Made by a program: the position numbers and the translations under genes. Below the pieces are notes generated by a model. That model was not told the DNA's origin, searched no databases, and saw nothing but the letters and a program-made list of their open reading frames with translations. From the human T2T-CHM13v2.0 reference genome, Homo sapiens, in assembly GCF_009914755.1 (NCBI RefSeq), contig NC_060933.1: 64,000 bases of DNA; one strand, written 5' to 3'. Positions 27,946-41,336 of this stretch are shown here, piece after piece (the first letter of the stretch is position 1; every line of letters begins with the position of its first letter).

Positions 27946-28808
27946 CAATGTAAATGGTCTACACATCCAAATTAAAAGGCAGAAAGATTCTCTGATTGGA
28001 TTGAAAAAAAAAAAAAAGCAAGATGCCACAATATACTGGCTGCAAGAAAACTACCTTAAATATAAAGGCAGCTAGGTTAAAAGTAAAGGAATGAAAAAAG
28101 CTGTGTCATGCAAACACTAACTAAAAGGAAGCTGGAGTACCTGGTATTCATAAGAACACCAGACAAAGTATGCTTCGGTACAGGAGTATTACCCAATATA
28201 CAGAGTCATTAGATAATGAGGAAAGGGACAATTCATCAACAAGATACAAGAATCCTAAATGTATATACGTCTAACAGCAAAGCTTCAAAATGCATGAAGC
28301 AAAAACTGATAGAACTCAAAGGAAAAATAGACAACTCCGTGATTACAGTTGGACACTTCAATAATCCTCTATTAATAAATGACACAGAAAGAAAACTAGG
28401 AAGAACACAGAAGACCTGAACGCCACCATAAAGCAACTAATTAATATTTAAAGAAAACCCTATCCAAAACAGAAGATGAGACATTCTTTTCAAATATTAA
28501 TAAAACAGTCACCAAGATAAACCACATATTGGGTCATGAAAAAATCTCAATAAAGTTCAAAAAAGTAAAACTGCGAAGTATCCTCTTTCACTATAGTGGA
28601 ATTAAAATAGAAAGTAAGAACAGAAAGGTATGTAGAAAATCCTCAATACCTGGAAATTAAAAATATAATTCTAAATAATTCAGAGGAAGTCAAATGAGGA
28701 ATTACAAAATAATTTAAATTGAATGAAAATGAAAAAATATATTAAAGTTTATGACATACAGCTAAATCACTGTTTACAGGGAAATTCATAGCATTAAAAG
28801 TTTATAAT

Positions 28809-29213
28809 GATAGCATTCTTGAGAACACGAACATTCCTAAAACCCGCCATGCTTTCAGTAAGAAGAGTAGCAAGCACTGAGCCCACAAAATGACACAGCA
28901 CAGGAGGGCACAAACTCTGTATGCCCAGGGAGAGCAGTGTTGCAATGGGAGGCAGGGTGGCTATGGTAAACAGACTAAGCCCAATTTCCAGAAGAAAAGC
29001 TGAAACTATGTAGAAGATTATGCTGAGGCTTGAATGCTTGATCTAAGAAACTCCAACTGCAAATCTAAGAAAATGCTGGCTATTAATACAGACACAAGCA
29101 TTTTGAACTGAGAAGACATAATAAGAGAAAAGGCCAATGATCCAGATCTGAGCTGCAACTTTTGTTAACTCTGAAAACAATAAAATCATGCGGTTATGCT
29201 CACTTAGAAAAAA
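28809..29213 (+). pseudogene. RPL36AP: Processed pseudogene of ribosomal protein L36a (RPL36A), heavily decayed
   Basis: Collinear and intronless against the recalled RPL36A mRNA: cctaaaacccgc (PKTR), ctgtatgcccaggga (LYAQG), ggctatggt..actaagcc, atgctggctatt, aagcattttgaactg (KHFEL); AATAAA at 29179 and an A-rich tail; start codon lost. Confidence 0.88.
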
Positions 29214-29484
29214 CTGTATATTGAGAAAAGAAGAATGATCTAAAGTGAGTAAGTATTCAGTTTAAGAAACTAGAAAAAGGAAGGCAATATAAACCCAAAG
29301 CAAACATAAGGAGCAACATAATAAAGATATGAGCAGAAACCTATGAAATAAAACCCAGAAAAACAAATTAAAAAGAAAAAATTCCATGAAACAAAAAGGT
29401 TTTTCTTTGAAAAAATAAATAAATAAATCTTTAGTCAGAATGATCAAGAAAGAAAAGACACAAATGACCAATATCAAGAATTTA

Positions 29485-29808
<324 letters not shown>

Positions 29809-29877
29809 AGAATATAAGAAGGAACATCACCAGATCTACCAACATTAAAAGAATAGTAAGAAAGTATTATGAATAAC

Positions 29878-32055
29878 TGTATTAGTCTGTTTTCACACTG
29901 CTAATAAAGACATAACCAAGACTGGGTAATTTATAAAGGAAAGAAGTTTAATTGGCTCACAGTTTCACACTGCTGAAGAGGCCTCACAATCATGGTGGAA
30001 GGCAAAGGAGGAGTAAAGTCACACCTTACATGAAAGCAGGCAAGAGAGCTTGTGCAGGGGAACATCCATTTATAAAACCATCAGATCTCATGAGACTTAT
30101 TCACTACCATGAGAAGAGTATGGGGGAATCGACCCCCCATGATTCAATTATCTCCACCTGGCCCAGCCCTTGACACATGGGGATTATTACAATTAAAGGT
30201 GAGATTTGGGTGGGGACACAGAGCCAAACCATATCATTCTGCCCCTGGCCCCTCCCAAATCTCATGTCCTCACATTTCAAAGCCAATCATGCCTTCCCAA
30301 AAGTCCCCCAAAGTCTTAACTCATTTCAAAATTAACTCAAAAGTCCACAGTCCAAAGTCTCATCTGAGACAAGACAAGTACCTTCCAGCTATGAGCCTGT
30401 AAAATCAAAAGCAAGTTAGTTACTTCCTAGATACAATGGGGGGGTACAGGCATTGGATAAATCCTCCCATTCCAAATGGGAGAAATGGGCCAAAACAAGG
30501 GGCTACAGGCACCATGCAAGTCCAAAATCCAATGGGGCAGTCAAATCTTAAAGTTCCAAAATGATCTCCTTTAACTCCATATTTCATATCTAGGTCATAC
30601 AGACACAAGAGGTGGGCTCTCATGGTATTGGGCAACTCCACCCCTGTGATTTTGCAGGGTACAGCCTCCCTCACAGCTGCTTTTATGGGCTGGCATTGAG
30701 TGTCTGTGGCTTTTCCAAATGCATGGTGCAAGCTGTCAGTGGATCTACCATTCTGGGGTCTGGAGAAAGGTGGTCCTCTTCTCAAGAGTAGGTGCTCCCC
30801 AGGTAGCACCCCAGTGGGGACTCTGTGTGGGAGCTCCTACCCCACATTTGCCTTCCACACTGCCCTAGCGGAGGTTCTTCATGAGGGCTCTGGCCCTGCA
30901 GCACACCTCTCTGCCTGGATATCCAGGCATTTCCATACATCCTCTGAAATCTAGGTGGAGGTTCCCAAACCTCAATCCTTGACTTCTTTGCACCCATGGG
31001 CTCAACACCACATGAAACTTGCCAAAGCTTGGGGTTTGCAGCTTCTGAAGTGTGGCCCAAGCTGTACCCATTTAGCCACAGCTGGGACACAGGGCACCAA
31101 GTCCCAAGATTGCACAAAGCAGCAAGGCCCTGGGCCCAGCCCACAAAACCATTTTTTCCTCCTCAGCCTCCTGGCCTGTGATGGGAGGCAGCTGACATGA
31201 AAGTCTCTGACATGCTTGGGAAACATTTTCTCCATTGTCGTGGTGATTAACGTTTGGCTCCTCATTACTTTTGCAAATTTCTGCAGCTGGCTAGAATTTC
31301 TCCTCAAAAGAAGGGGTTTTCTTTTCTACTGCATCATCAGCCTGCAAATTTTTCAAACTTTTATCCTATGCTTCTCCTTGAACACTTTGCCGCTTAGAAA
31401 TTTCTTCCACCAGATACCCTAAATCATCTCTCTCATGTTCAAAGTTCCACAGATTTCTAGGGCGGGGCAAAATGCCACCAATATTTTTGCATAGCAAGAA
31501 CGACCTTTACTCCAGTTCCTAACAAGTTCCTTATCTCCATCTGAGACCACCTTAGCCTGGACTTTATTGTCCATATCACTATCAGCATTTTGGCCAAAGC
31601 CACTCAACAAGTCTCTAGGAAGTTCTAAACTTTCCCACATATTCTTGTTTTCTGAACCCTCCTGGTCTCAAGGAAGTTCCAAACTTTCTACATTTTCCTA
31701 TCTTCTTCTGAAACCTCTAAACTGTTGCAACCTCTGGCTGTTACCCAGTTCCAAAGTCACTTCCATAGCACCCCACTACCTGGTACCAATTTACTGTATT
31801 AGTCTGTCCTCATGCTGCTAATAAAGACATACCTGAGACCGGGTAATTTATAAAGGAAAGAGGTTTAATTGGCTCACAGTTCCATATGGCTGAAGAGGCC
31901 TCACAATCATGGTGGAAGGCAAAGGAGGAGCAAAGTCACATCTTACATGGAAACAGGCAAGAGAGCTTGTGCAGGGGAACTTCCATTTATAAAACAATCA
32001 GGACTCATGAGGCTTATTCGCTACCACAAGAACAGTATGAGGGAAACTGCCCATG
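29878..32055 (-). mobile_element. THE1 element: LTR 29878-30236, internal region, truncated LTR 31795-32055
   Basis: tgtattagtc...aaaccatatca LTR, THE1 internal sequence, second homologous LTR cut short. Confidence 0.93.
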
Positions 32056-33915
32056 CCAGGAAGAGAGAAACAGGAAAGAAAGGAAGGAGAAATAACCTCC
32101 AGAAAAGGTCCCATGTCACCACAGCTTTTCTGGAAAGTTCCACAAGCTGATAAAATAGGAGACTGGGCTACATGTTGGGAAAGTGAAAATCCATTTAACC
32201 TGAGAAAATGAAATTTTGCTATGCCATTCATCAGGCTGGGAAAACAGATGCAGATAAAGCCAGCTGAAAAGTTATCAGAAAATTCTATTTCTCCCAAGGA
32301 AACACTGCAGCTGTGAAGCCACCTAATGACACTTACTAACACGACTACTGTAGCATGACTACTACTTTGGTACTAAGAAATCTAGTTTTCTAAAATCCTG
32401 GTTTATCAGAAACTTTGTTTTTGAAATCATTTCAGTAAGAACAAAACATCTCACTCTTGGCTGCAAGATCTATTTCACTTTGACACAGAGGAGCAGCCTT
32501 CATTTTCAACCCAGGTACAGATTCCATTAAGGGGCTTTTGGACCTAACATTTCACATCTTGATTTGTTTCTAAGGAAAAGAGACCTTGTGTCTACTTTGC
32601 CATTCAGACGTGACGTTGTCCCTTTACACACAGCCCTGCTTTGCTGTCACCTACCAAAATACCATTTCATCTCAGCTTCACCTAAACACCACCCTTCCCC
32701 AAAATCGTATCATAATTTTGCCCTTTCTTGGTGATACAGTCCATGGTTCTTCTGGTGTGTGATCTCGCTCATTGCAATGAGCCAATAACCCTGACTTTTT
32801 CAGACTGTAAAAGTTTACTCCCGGTGGACTGAGGCTGGCCAGGTGAAGATATGTAAGATTCCTCTGAGATTTGGCCAAGACCCCCAATACCATGGATTGG
32901 CCACCTTAACTCAGTAATAATGTGCACATCTGAGACTCCTTGAGTCAAGTTCAAGTTCTCTGTCTTTAATTGTGTGGTTTTACACTGAATTTAGGCTCTG
33001 CTTATTTCTTTGGTTGTTCAGTATCAGGTTTATTATTTGTTTCCTGAAATTTTTGGTTTCCAATCAGACTTTGGTGTCTCTTGGTGAAATTTGTCTTTTA
33101 ACACTGTCTCCTGCCTTCTGTGTGTCCCTATCTTTTGTTCATGTAAGAGAACTCCCCCCAGGCTTCCCTGGGTGTGAGAAATTGACTTTGGGAAAGATCT
33201 GTCCACACAGTCTGTGCCAAATGCCTGCTAACTTCTCAGGTCAGCAAGTAGAGGCAGTTTAACCTCGGGGCTGAGGGTAGGAAACACAAGTAATATTTTA
33301 CCTTTGATCAACAGTCAAGCAATTTCTCCCGGGCTTGTCTGCTAATAAGCTTGGGATACCTCCTCACATAACTTCACTGAGGATGAGTTAGAACTATAGT
33401 GGCCACTTAGAGAACTTTGACATGAACAAGGATGTTCATTTGAGAAGTACCTGAGGCCAAAAGGGCAAAGAGACCCTCAAGAGGAGATTATATATCTGGT
33501 CTATCTAGAAGGAGATCACTGTAATTCATGTAGGAGATTTCCTCTCCATCTCCATTCTTTGAGGATTAATAAGCACTGGCTTTTAATTGTATGTTTTGAT
33601 AAAATTGTTGAGGGCTGGGGTTACTGTTTAAACTGGCTATAATGACTTTCTCTTTTGTGTCTATGTATAGATGAAAAAAGGGGTCCCTGTGTCTAAATTT
33701 TGTCCCTTCTTGTTACGGAAGGAAAAATAACCTCTTACAGTAGTAACTTCATGTTGTTCTATCCTTCTCCCTTCCCCTCACTTGTCACTTGAGAAATTAT
33801 AAAAATTAACTGCTCAGAACAAAAAAAATCATTGTTATTATGGTACACACTGGGTAGTCAACAATGTCATTAAAAAGTTAAACTTCCTTTTCCATTAAAA
33901 AAGTAAATAAATATC

Positions 33916-33967
33916 CTCCAGCCTAGGTGACAGCAAGACTCCATCTCAAAAAAAAAAAAAAAAAAAA
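33916..33967 (+). mobile_element. Alu 3' terminal fragment
   Basis: ctccagcctaggtgacagcaagactccatctc followed by poly-A. Confidence 0.85.
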
Positions 33968-34850
33968 GGTAGACAAATATGACTGGTGTTCTCTGCTCAG
34001 GGAAAAAATTAAAAGTACACGAATGTATTTAAAAATTAATAGGCTTTGTTACTGTAGTTATGGGAGAAAACATCTTAGTTTCAATATAAATGATTTTAAA
34101 TATGATTTTAAAATTTAACATCTGTGTCATGAATACAGTTTATAAAATATATTTTTAAAGTATCCTGTAATATTTCTGATAAATTTTGGACAAATTGGAG
34201 TGAGTTGTTTATGTTGATCAATGATAACTCAGTATCTGTATTGCCCTCATTTTATTATATAAAATAATGCTAAGACAATATTCTAGTTTATATAAGACTG
34301 ATATAGTCTTTTACATATTATATTAATATTTATAACTTTGTAGTTTCAATATTATACAATATTTATAACTTCTCAAGATTTAAACTCCTCAAGATTTAAA
34401 CTTTTGTAATTTCCTATACAGATTTTATGGAACAAGGAAGGGATCATTGTTGGAACAAATTTTTTAAGCTTACAAAATATAAAATTGCTTTTAAGTGAAA
34501 TCATAGCACAGATGTCTTTTAAAATGGTTTTGATCTTGTAAAATTCTTACAATACTACAAATCATGAGAATTTATGTTTTAGTTAAAATTGTAATTTCCA
34601 AATATTAGTTAAAATTTTACAATCATGGAAAATGTTAGCTTACTTGATATATAATATTTGGATTCCCGAAGTTTCCAAGCTAAAAAAAAATACAAAACAT
34701 ATATATAGTTTTAATTTATTGTTACTTATATACATTATATAAAGGCTATAGATTAATAGAATGTGTAATTGCCTTTAGATGACGTGTTCATTCTGCTGCC
34801 TGAAAACATAAAAGGTAATATAAAATGCGAACTCATGAAAACTTAGCTAG

Positions 34851-35752
34851 CCTTGACAGAGCAAACAAAAACAAAATGGGGAAAGGACACCCTATTCAAT
34901 AAATAGTGCAGGATAATTGGCAAGTCACATATAGAAGAACAAAACTGGATCCCCATCTCTCACCTTATGCAAAAATCAACTCAAGATGGATTAAGAATGT
35001 AAATCTAAAACCTGAAACCATAAAAAATCTATAAAGTTAACGTTAAAAAAGCCCTTCTAGACACTGGCTTAGGCAAAGACTTCATAACCAAGAACCAAAA
35101 AGCAAATGCACCAAAAACAAAGTTAAATAGATGGGACTTAATTAAACTAAAAAGTTTCCGCACAGCAAAAGAAACAATCAGCAAAGTAAACAGCCCAGAG
35201 TGGGAGAAAATATTTGCAATCTATACTTCTGACAAAGGACTAATATCCACAATCTACAAAGATCTCAAATCAGCAAGGAAAAAAACAATCCCATCAAAAA
35301 GTGGTCTAAGGACATGAATTCACAATTCTTGAAAGAAGATATACAAATGGCCAAGAAACAGATGGAAAAAAACGCTTAACATCACTAATAATCAGGGAAA
35401 TGCAAATCAAAACCACAATGTGATACCACCTTACTCCTGCAAGAATGGCCATAAACAAACTTAAAAAAAAAATAGATGTTGGCATGGATGTGGTGAAAAG
35501 CAAACACTTTTACACCATTGGTGGGAAAGTAAACTAGTACAACCACTATGGAAAAAGTGTGGAGATTCCTTTAAGAACTAAAAGTAGATCTACCATTTGA
35601 TCCAGCAATCCCACTCCTGGGTATCTACCCAGAGGAAAAGAAGTCATTATACAAAAAAGATACTTGCACACACATGTTTATAGCACACAATTTGCAATTG
35701 CAAAAATATGGAACCAGCCAAAATGCCCATCAATCAACTAGTAAAATATGGT

Positions 35753-35795
<43 letters not shown>

Positions 35796-36175
35796 ATGGA
35801 GTACTACTCAGCCATAAAAAGGAACAAAATAATGGCATTCACAGCACCTGGATGGAACTGGAGATAACTATTCTAAGTGAAATAACTCAAGAATGGAAAA
35901 CCAAACATTGTATGTTCTCACTCATAAGTGGCAGCTGAGCTATAAGGACGCAAAGGCTAAAAGTGATATAATGGACTTTGGAGACTCAGGAGAAAGGGTG
36001 GGAGGGGTTTGAGGGAAAAAAGACTATACACTGGGTACAGTGTACATGCTTGGGTGATGGCTGTACCAAAATCTCAGAAATCACCACTAAAGAGCTTATT
36101 CATGTAACCAAACACCACCTGTTCCCCAAAAACCTATTAAAATAAAAAAATCTATAATAAAAATTAAAAAGAAAC
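34851..36175 (+). mobile_element. 5'-truncated L1PB-like element containing (CA)n at 35755-35793
   Basis: L1 ORF2 C-terminus and 3'UTR; 13-bp TSD AAAACTTAGCTAG (34838-34850 / 36176-36188). Confidence 0.93.
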
Positions 36176-36302
36176 AAAACTTAGCTAGGCAGTTCCTGGC
36201 CGCTTGCCTTCTAGTGTTCTCCGTATTTGGAGAAGACAAAAGTTGGTTACCTTGTCTAATTGTGGCAATTAATAAAATGATTAAGACTATACTAGTATAA
36301 TG

Positions 36303-36649
36303 TAGAATGAATATTCCTTATCCATAAAGCTTAGGACCAGAAGTGCTGCAGATTTTGGAGTTTGGGGATTTGGTAATATTTGCATATACATAATGAGATA
36401 TCCGGATGATAGACTCCAAGTCTCAACATGAAATCCATGTAAGTTTCATATGTACCTTATGCACATAGCCTGAAGGTAATCTTATACAATATTATAATTT
36501 CGTGCCTGAAACCAAGTTTTGACTGCAACCTATCACATGAGGTCAGATACTGAATTTTCCACCTGTAGGGTCATGTTGGCACTCAAAATGTTTCAGATTT
36601 TGGAACATTTTGGATTTTCCATTTTCTTATTAGGGATGCTCAACCAGTA
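36303..36649. mobile_element. Tigger4/MER46-like DNA transposon
   Basis: ccttatcc...ggaccagaagtg...gattttgga; terminus ggatgctcaaccagta. Confidence 0.75.
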
Positions 36650-38512
36650 ATTGCAGAAAAGTATGAATGTATATGCAAGATGGTGAACATGGTTTGTTAA
36701 GGAATTATTACTTTATTTTTAAAAATGGTGATTCAATGTAACATATACATCTATTGTAATATGCTAAGATAAATTATATCTTAAAACTAAAATTTTGTTT
36801 TATGTTTATTTATGTATATCTACATATATAAAGATATACTAACATTTTAAAAAATCCTATAAATGATAAGACAAATTTCAGGCTATATTCCATGTAAATA
36901 GAATATGCCTGAAATTACAGAAAAAACACTTATACATTTTTTTCTGCAAATTATAATATAGATACACCAAAAGAGTAAAATTAGTGTTTCCTTTCCATAA
37001 AATGAGCAAGTTATTTGATGCCCACATAAGAGTTTTCTTTTGAATAACCAAAACATTAACTGTGTCCTTCTGGCATTATCTTGAATAATTTTAACTCAAA
37101 TTTTGTTAGTGGATCAGACATCAAGGACTGCTGTTGAACCTCAATTAGAAGGACCTTACCAGGTACTATTAACAACATAACAGTAAATCCATACTTCCCA
37201 AATATAAAGACTTAAGTCACACTAGAATCACAAAAAGGTTGTTCGAACAGAGATCTCAAACAGAGGTATTGAAGTAATCATTCTGAAGCAGATGACCTCA
37301 GGAAGGGGCACCTTCTACCCAAGATCGAGACTAAGCTGGTGACTTCATGACGTATGCAACTCCCCCCCAACCCACTACCCAAGAAGACCGGAGCCAAAGA
37401 TTATTATGCTATAATCTGCATGTCTTTTTGCCGTATTTCTTTGTTCTTTCCTCTTTGCCAAGTTAAGATTTAAATTGCTGATACTTCCTGTTTATTAACT
37501 ATGATAGCTCTAAGGTCTTTATCCTTTCTTCTTTTTTTTTTTTTTTTTTTTTTTTTGGCAGCCTTAGTCACTCCTTGGTATGAGTCCAGCACCAGGCTAC
37601 AATTTGCTCATGATGAGGCTACAGCATGCAATTACACTGTCTGTTGAGTTTGTACCTATTCTCCTCCGGGTGCCACCCAACTTCCTTTGCTACCAATTTC
37701 TTGGAATTAATCAGCTGATTTCCTAGGTAATGAGACTCAACCAAGAAGTTATTTGGGGATGACAAATACTGTCATAGGCCAAACATCCAGAACCCTGAAA
37801 CTCCCATCACATCACAGGCAGAAGGGAAGGTTTCAATATCAAACAAAACAATTCTCAGAAACCTTTTGTGAAACTGAGCTTTTCCAACCAAGTTTTCACA
37901 GAAGGAAAGCTGGTGATGGGGATAAGAGGTGTGATGGTGAGGTGCTTTGAGAAAACAGAATACAATGAGAGGACAGGAAAGAGTAAGGATTCAGCGAGGG
38001 AAAGTGGCCTCCATGGGATCCTCAGACAAGAGGCAGGGAAGGTCAGGAAGCCTCTGGGAAGGCACAGAGAAGATGGTGACCAGCATTACGGTGCAGCAGA
38101 TGATGGCCTGGAGCTTGGACCTCTGTAGAATCCAGTGAGAAAGCAGAGGTAGAAGAAGGCTCAGAGAGAAGAGCTACTTTGGGTCCCCGGGAGGCTGGTA
38201 AGACGTTGAAGGCAGAGATTAAGATGGATCCACAGAGGAGCAGTGCAAGCCCTGGGTCTCCAAGGTAGCCATGTCTTCCACAGTCTCCCCTGACAGCAGA
38301 CTGCCAGCTTCCACGGCCACTACGCTGCACAGCTGGGGAATCCTGAGGAAGCTGTTTCCACAAACTGCCTATGGCAAGGATCTTGTCCAGGGGGCTGCAG
38401 AAGACAGGAGGAACAAGCAAAAACCAAAGGAGCTGGGTGGGAGCTTGGCAGAGCAGGAAGCATGCCACATTCTCCCACCTGCCAGCTTCACAACAGTCTG
38501 CCTGTTTGTCAC

Positions 38513-38669
38513 CGTGTCTATAGTCCCAGCTACCTGGAAGGCTGAGGCAGGAGGATCACTTGGACCCAGGAGGCAGAGGTTGCACTAAGCCAAGATCGCA
38601 CCACTGTACTCCAGCCTGGGTGACAGAGGGAGACTCCATCTCAAAAAAAAAAAAGAAAAGAAAAGAAAG
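38513..38669 (+). mobile_element. Alu right monomer
   Basis: Single right arm with A-rich tail. Confidence 0.88.
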
Positions 38670-39506
38670 AATGGTGAGATCAAGGTTAGCCCTTGGGCAG
38701 CCTTGCATTGATGAAACAAAATCTTACCCTTTAATGTTAAGCCTGTTTCTCTTTTTGACTCTGCACTGATATTGAGAGACAAGAGTGAGTGGCTGGGATC
38801 CAGTTCTCACTGTCCTCTCCCCTCCAGGCAAGCTCCAGACATTCATTATTCATGGGTCATCTGATGTTCTATCTTGAATAAACAGAGCTCTGTGATCCAT
38901 CTTGTTATTCACTTTAAAGTAGATTAAAATATGTTATTTTTCTTTGAAATTTTCAAGAAGGGTTTTCTGTCATACTCAGTTGACTTTTCCAGTCCCTACC
39001 CTCTTTTCTCATGAAGGGCACAGATTCCCAGAACTGCGGGAGAATGTGTACTCCATCCCAGGGGACCCTGCCCCTGATGACAGAGCTTGAGCCCCAGCAC
39101 CTGACTTGAGGCTTTCACAGGCTCAGAGCATTTTTCTGCCTATCGGCCCTAACACAAGGGAAAGTCTTGACCCAGAAACCCTAAGATGGGACTGTGGCCC
39201 ATGACTAACAGTTGAGGAACTCAGTTCTCCTACAGGTACCCTGAACTTTCTTAATAATCCAATCTGTGGCCAGTGAATCACTGGGATTAGGGTTTTATCC
39301 TGGAGCCCTAACCCAGAGAGAGGATCTGTGGGCTTCAGATATAAACCCCAGCTCCCACTCCTACCTCTGCTCTGTTCCCCTTGATGATATTCTAATCTTT
39401 CCTGGGAGTGTCCATGCCAGGTGGCTCTCTGTGCCAACATAATTGATCTAGAAAACTTTGGAAGGGAAATAGGGTAAGGTTGCACTCTGCTGGAAGTTGG
39501 CCCTAG

Positions 39507-39860
<354 letters not shown>

Positions 39861-40636
39861 TAAGTGTTGGTTATATTTTGATTCCTCTGTAAATAGTAGA
39901 GGAACAGCAACAGAAGCCTCACAATGCACAAAGGATGGACAGAACTAGTGCCCCAAGGCTGAGGTGCGCCCGACCAGAGCTGATCCGACAGCTGCCTCAG
40001 ACAACTGAGCACAGAGAATGTGTGCTCTGGACTAGAGGTCTGGGCCCATGTCATGGAGACAGAGAACAGTGACAGTATCCTTGGGGGTGACAGAGGGCCC
40101 TTAAAGAGGAAAGTGAACCCACAATCCCTCCCCAATAGCATCCAGCCAAGCAGATCTTGCCACCCTTCCTGGGCCTTCTAAATCCTTCCATCCTCTCTGG
40201 ACCTTGATATTTTCCAATTCTACTCTTTCATCAAATCACAAATAGACTGCAGTACTATTTTCTCTTTATTCCACCTACAACCCAGATGTTAGCTGGGTTG
40301 TCCTTTACCCTTTGGGTCATCTCAGCTTTGACTCTACCGATTATATAGCCTTTGAAAGTCGGAAGTTCTCCCAGGAATTTTTGCTGATTCCCAGGGATTT
40401 TGCACTCTCAGGATTCTCTTTCAACTTCAGCTTCCCACCTTTCATGGACCCAGACATAGGACACGACCCCACCTTCATATTCACGCAGAAGAGTCTACTA
40501 GGACATAAAAGCATTAGTAAGCAATGCAGGCTTTACGAAAGATATTTTAAGTGATGACGAGGGCCAGGGAAGAGAACTGGCAGACAACTTTAAAATCCCC
40601 AACTGCAGAATGAAGGACTAAATTACTTCTTTACCT

Positions 40637-40903
40637 GGCTGGGGACAGTGGCTCACGCCTGTAATCCTAGCACTTTGGAAGGCCAAGGCAGGTGGATCAC
40701 TTGAGCCCAGGAGTGAGACAAGCCTGGGCAACATGATGAAACCCCATCTGTGCAAAAAATACCAACAAAACAAAACAAAAAAACTGAGGCGGGAGGATCA
40801 CCTGAGCCTAGGGAGGCTGAGGCTGCAGTGAGCCATGATGGCGCCACTGCACTCCAGCCTGGGTGATAGAGTGAGACCCCATCTCAAAAAAATAAAATGA
40901 AAT
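40637..40903 (+). mobile_element. Alu (AluJ-like) with internal deletion
   Basis: Start of the right arm is missing; TSD aaattacttc(t/c)ttac. Confidence 0.9.
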
Positions 40904-41205
40904 AAATTACTTCCTTACAACCTTGGCCTGGCATCCAATCCCTTCCCACCCGCATGATGACACTTTGCCAGAACTGGCAGCAAAACTATCAAGAATAAGG
41001 GAAAGATTCTGTTAACATTGCTACTGGAATATCGTTTTTTATAGGTTAAGTGAACAGAGGAAGTAAAAAAATGTTTTACCATGAGTTCATATTAATATGT
41101 CCTATACAAATTTAACATTACAGAGTGTTTACATTTATTTTATTTGCATCTCCTTTCTCTCCTAATCAAAACCTTGGATCTTAATAATATTAGCATTCAT
41201 TAAAA

Positions 41206-41336
41206 TTTTTTTGTTTTTTAATAAGAGACAAGGTTTCAGTGTTGCTCAGGCTGGTCTCAAACTCCTGGGCTCAAGTGATCCACCCACCTTGGCCTCCCAA
41301 AATGCTGGGATTTGATGTGAGCTACCACGCCCAGCC
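41206..41336 (-). mobile_element. Alu monomer (FLAM-like) in an old L1M fragment
   Basis: Antisense left arm; TSD aatatta(g/a)cattc. Confidence 0.85.

Larger units (their letters stand above)
32450..37880 (+). mobile_element. Very old ERV LTR/internal remnant (family uncertain), interrupted by Alu, L1 and Tigger
   Basis: LTR-like end (ctcattgcaatgagccaata) at ~32770-32800; integrase C-terminal EGPYQVLLT-like codons at ~37148-37175; AT-rich decayed internal sequence. Confidence 0.4.

Noticed and set aside
31612-31720. ~55-bp tandem duplication in the THE1 internal region, absent from the second THE1
   Set aside because: As I recall, this is a subfamily feature of some THE1 internal sequences rather than locus-specific; not verified.
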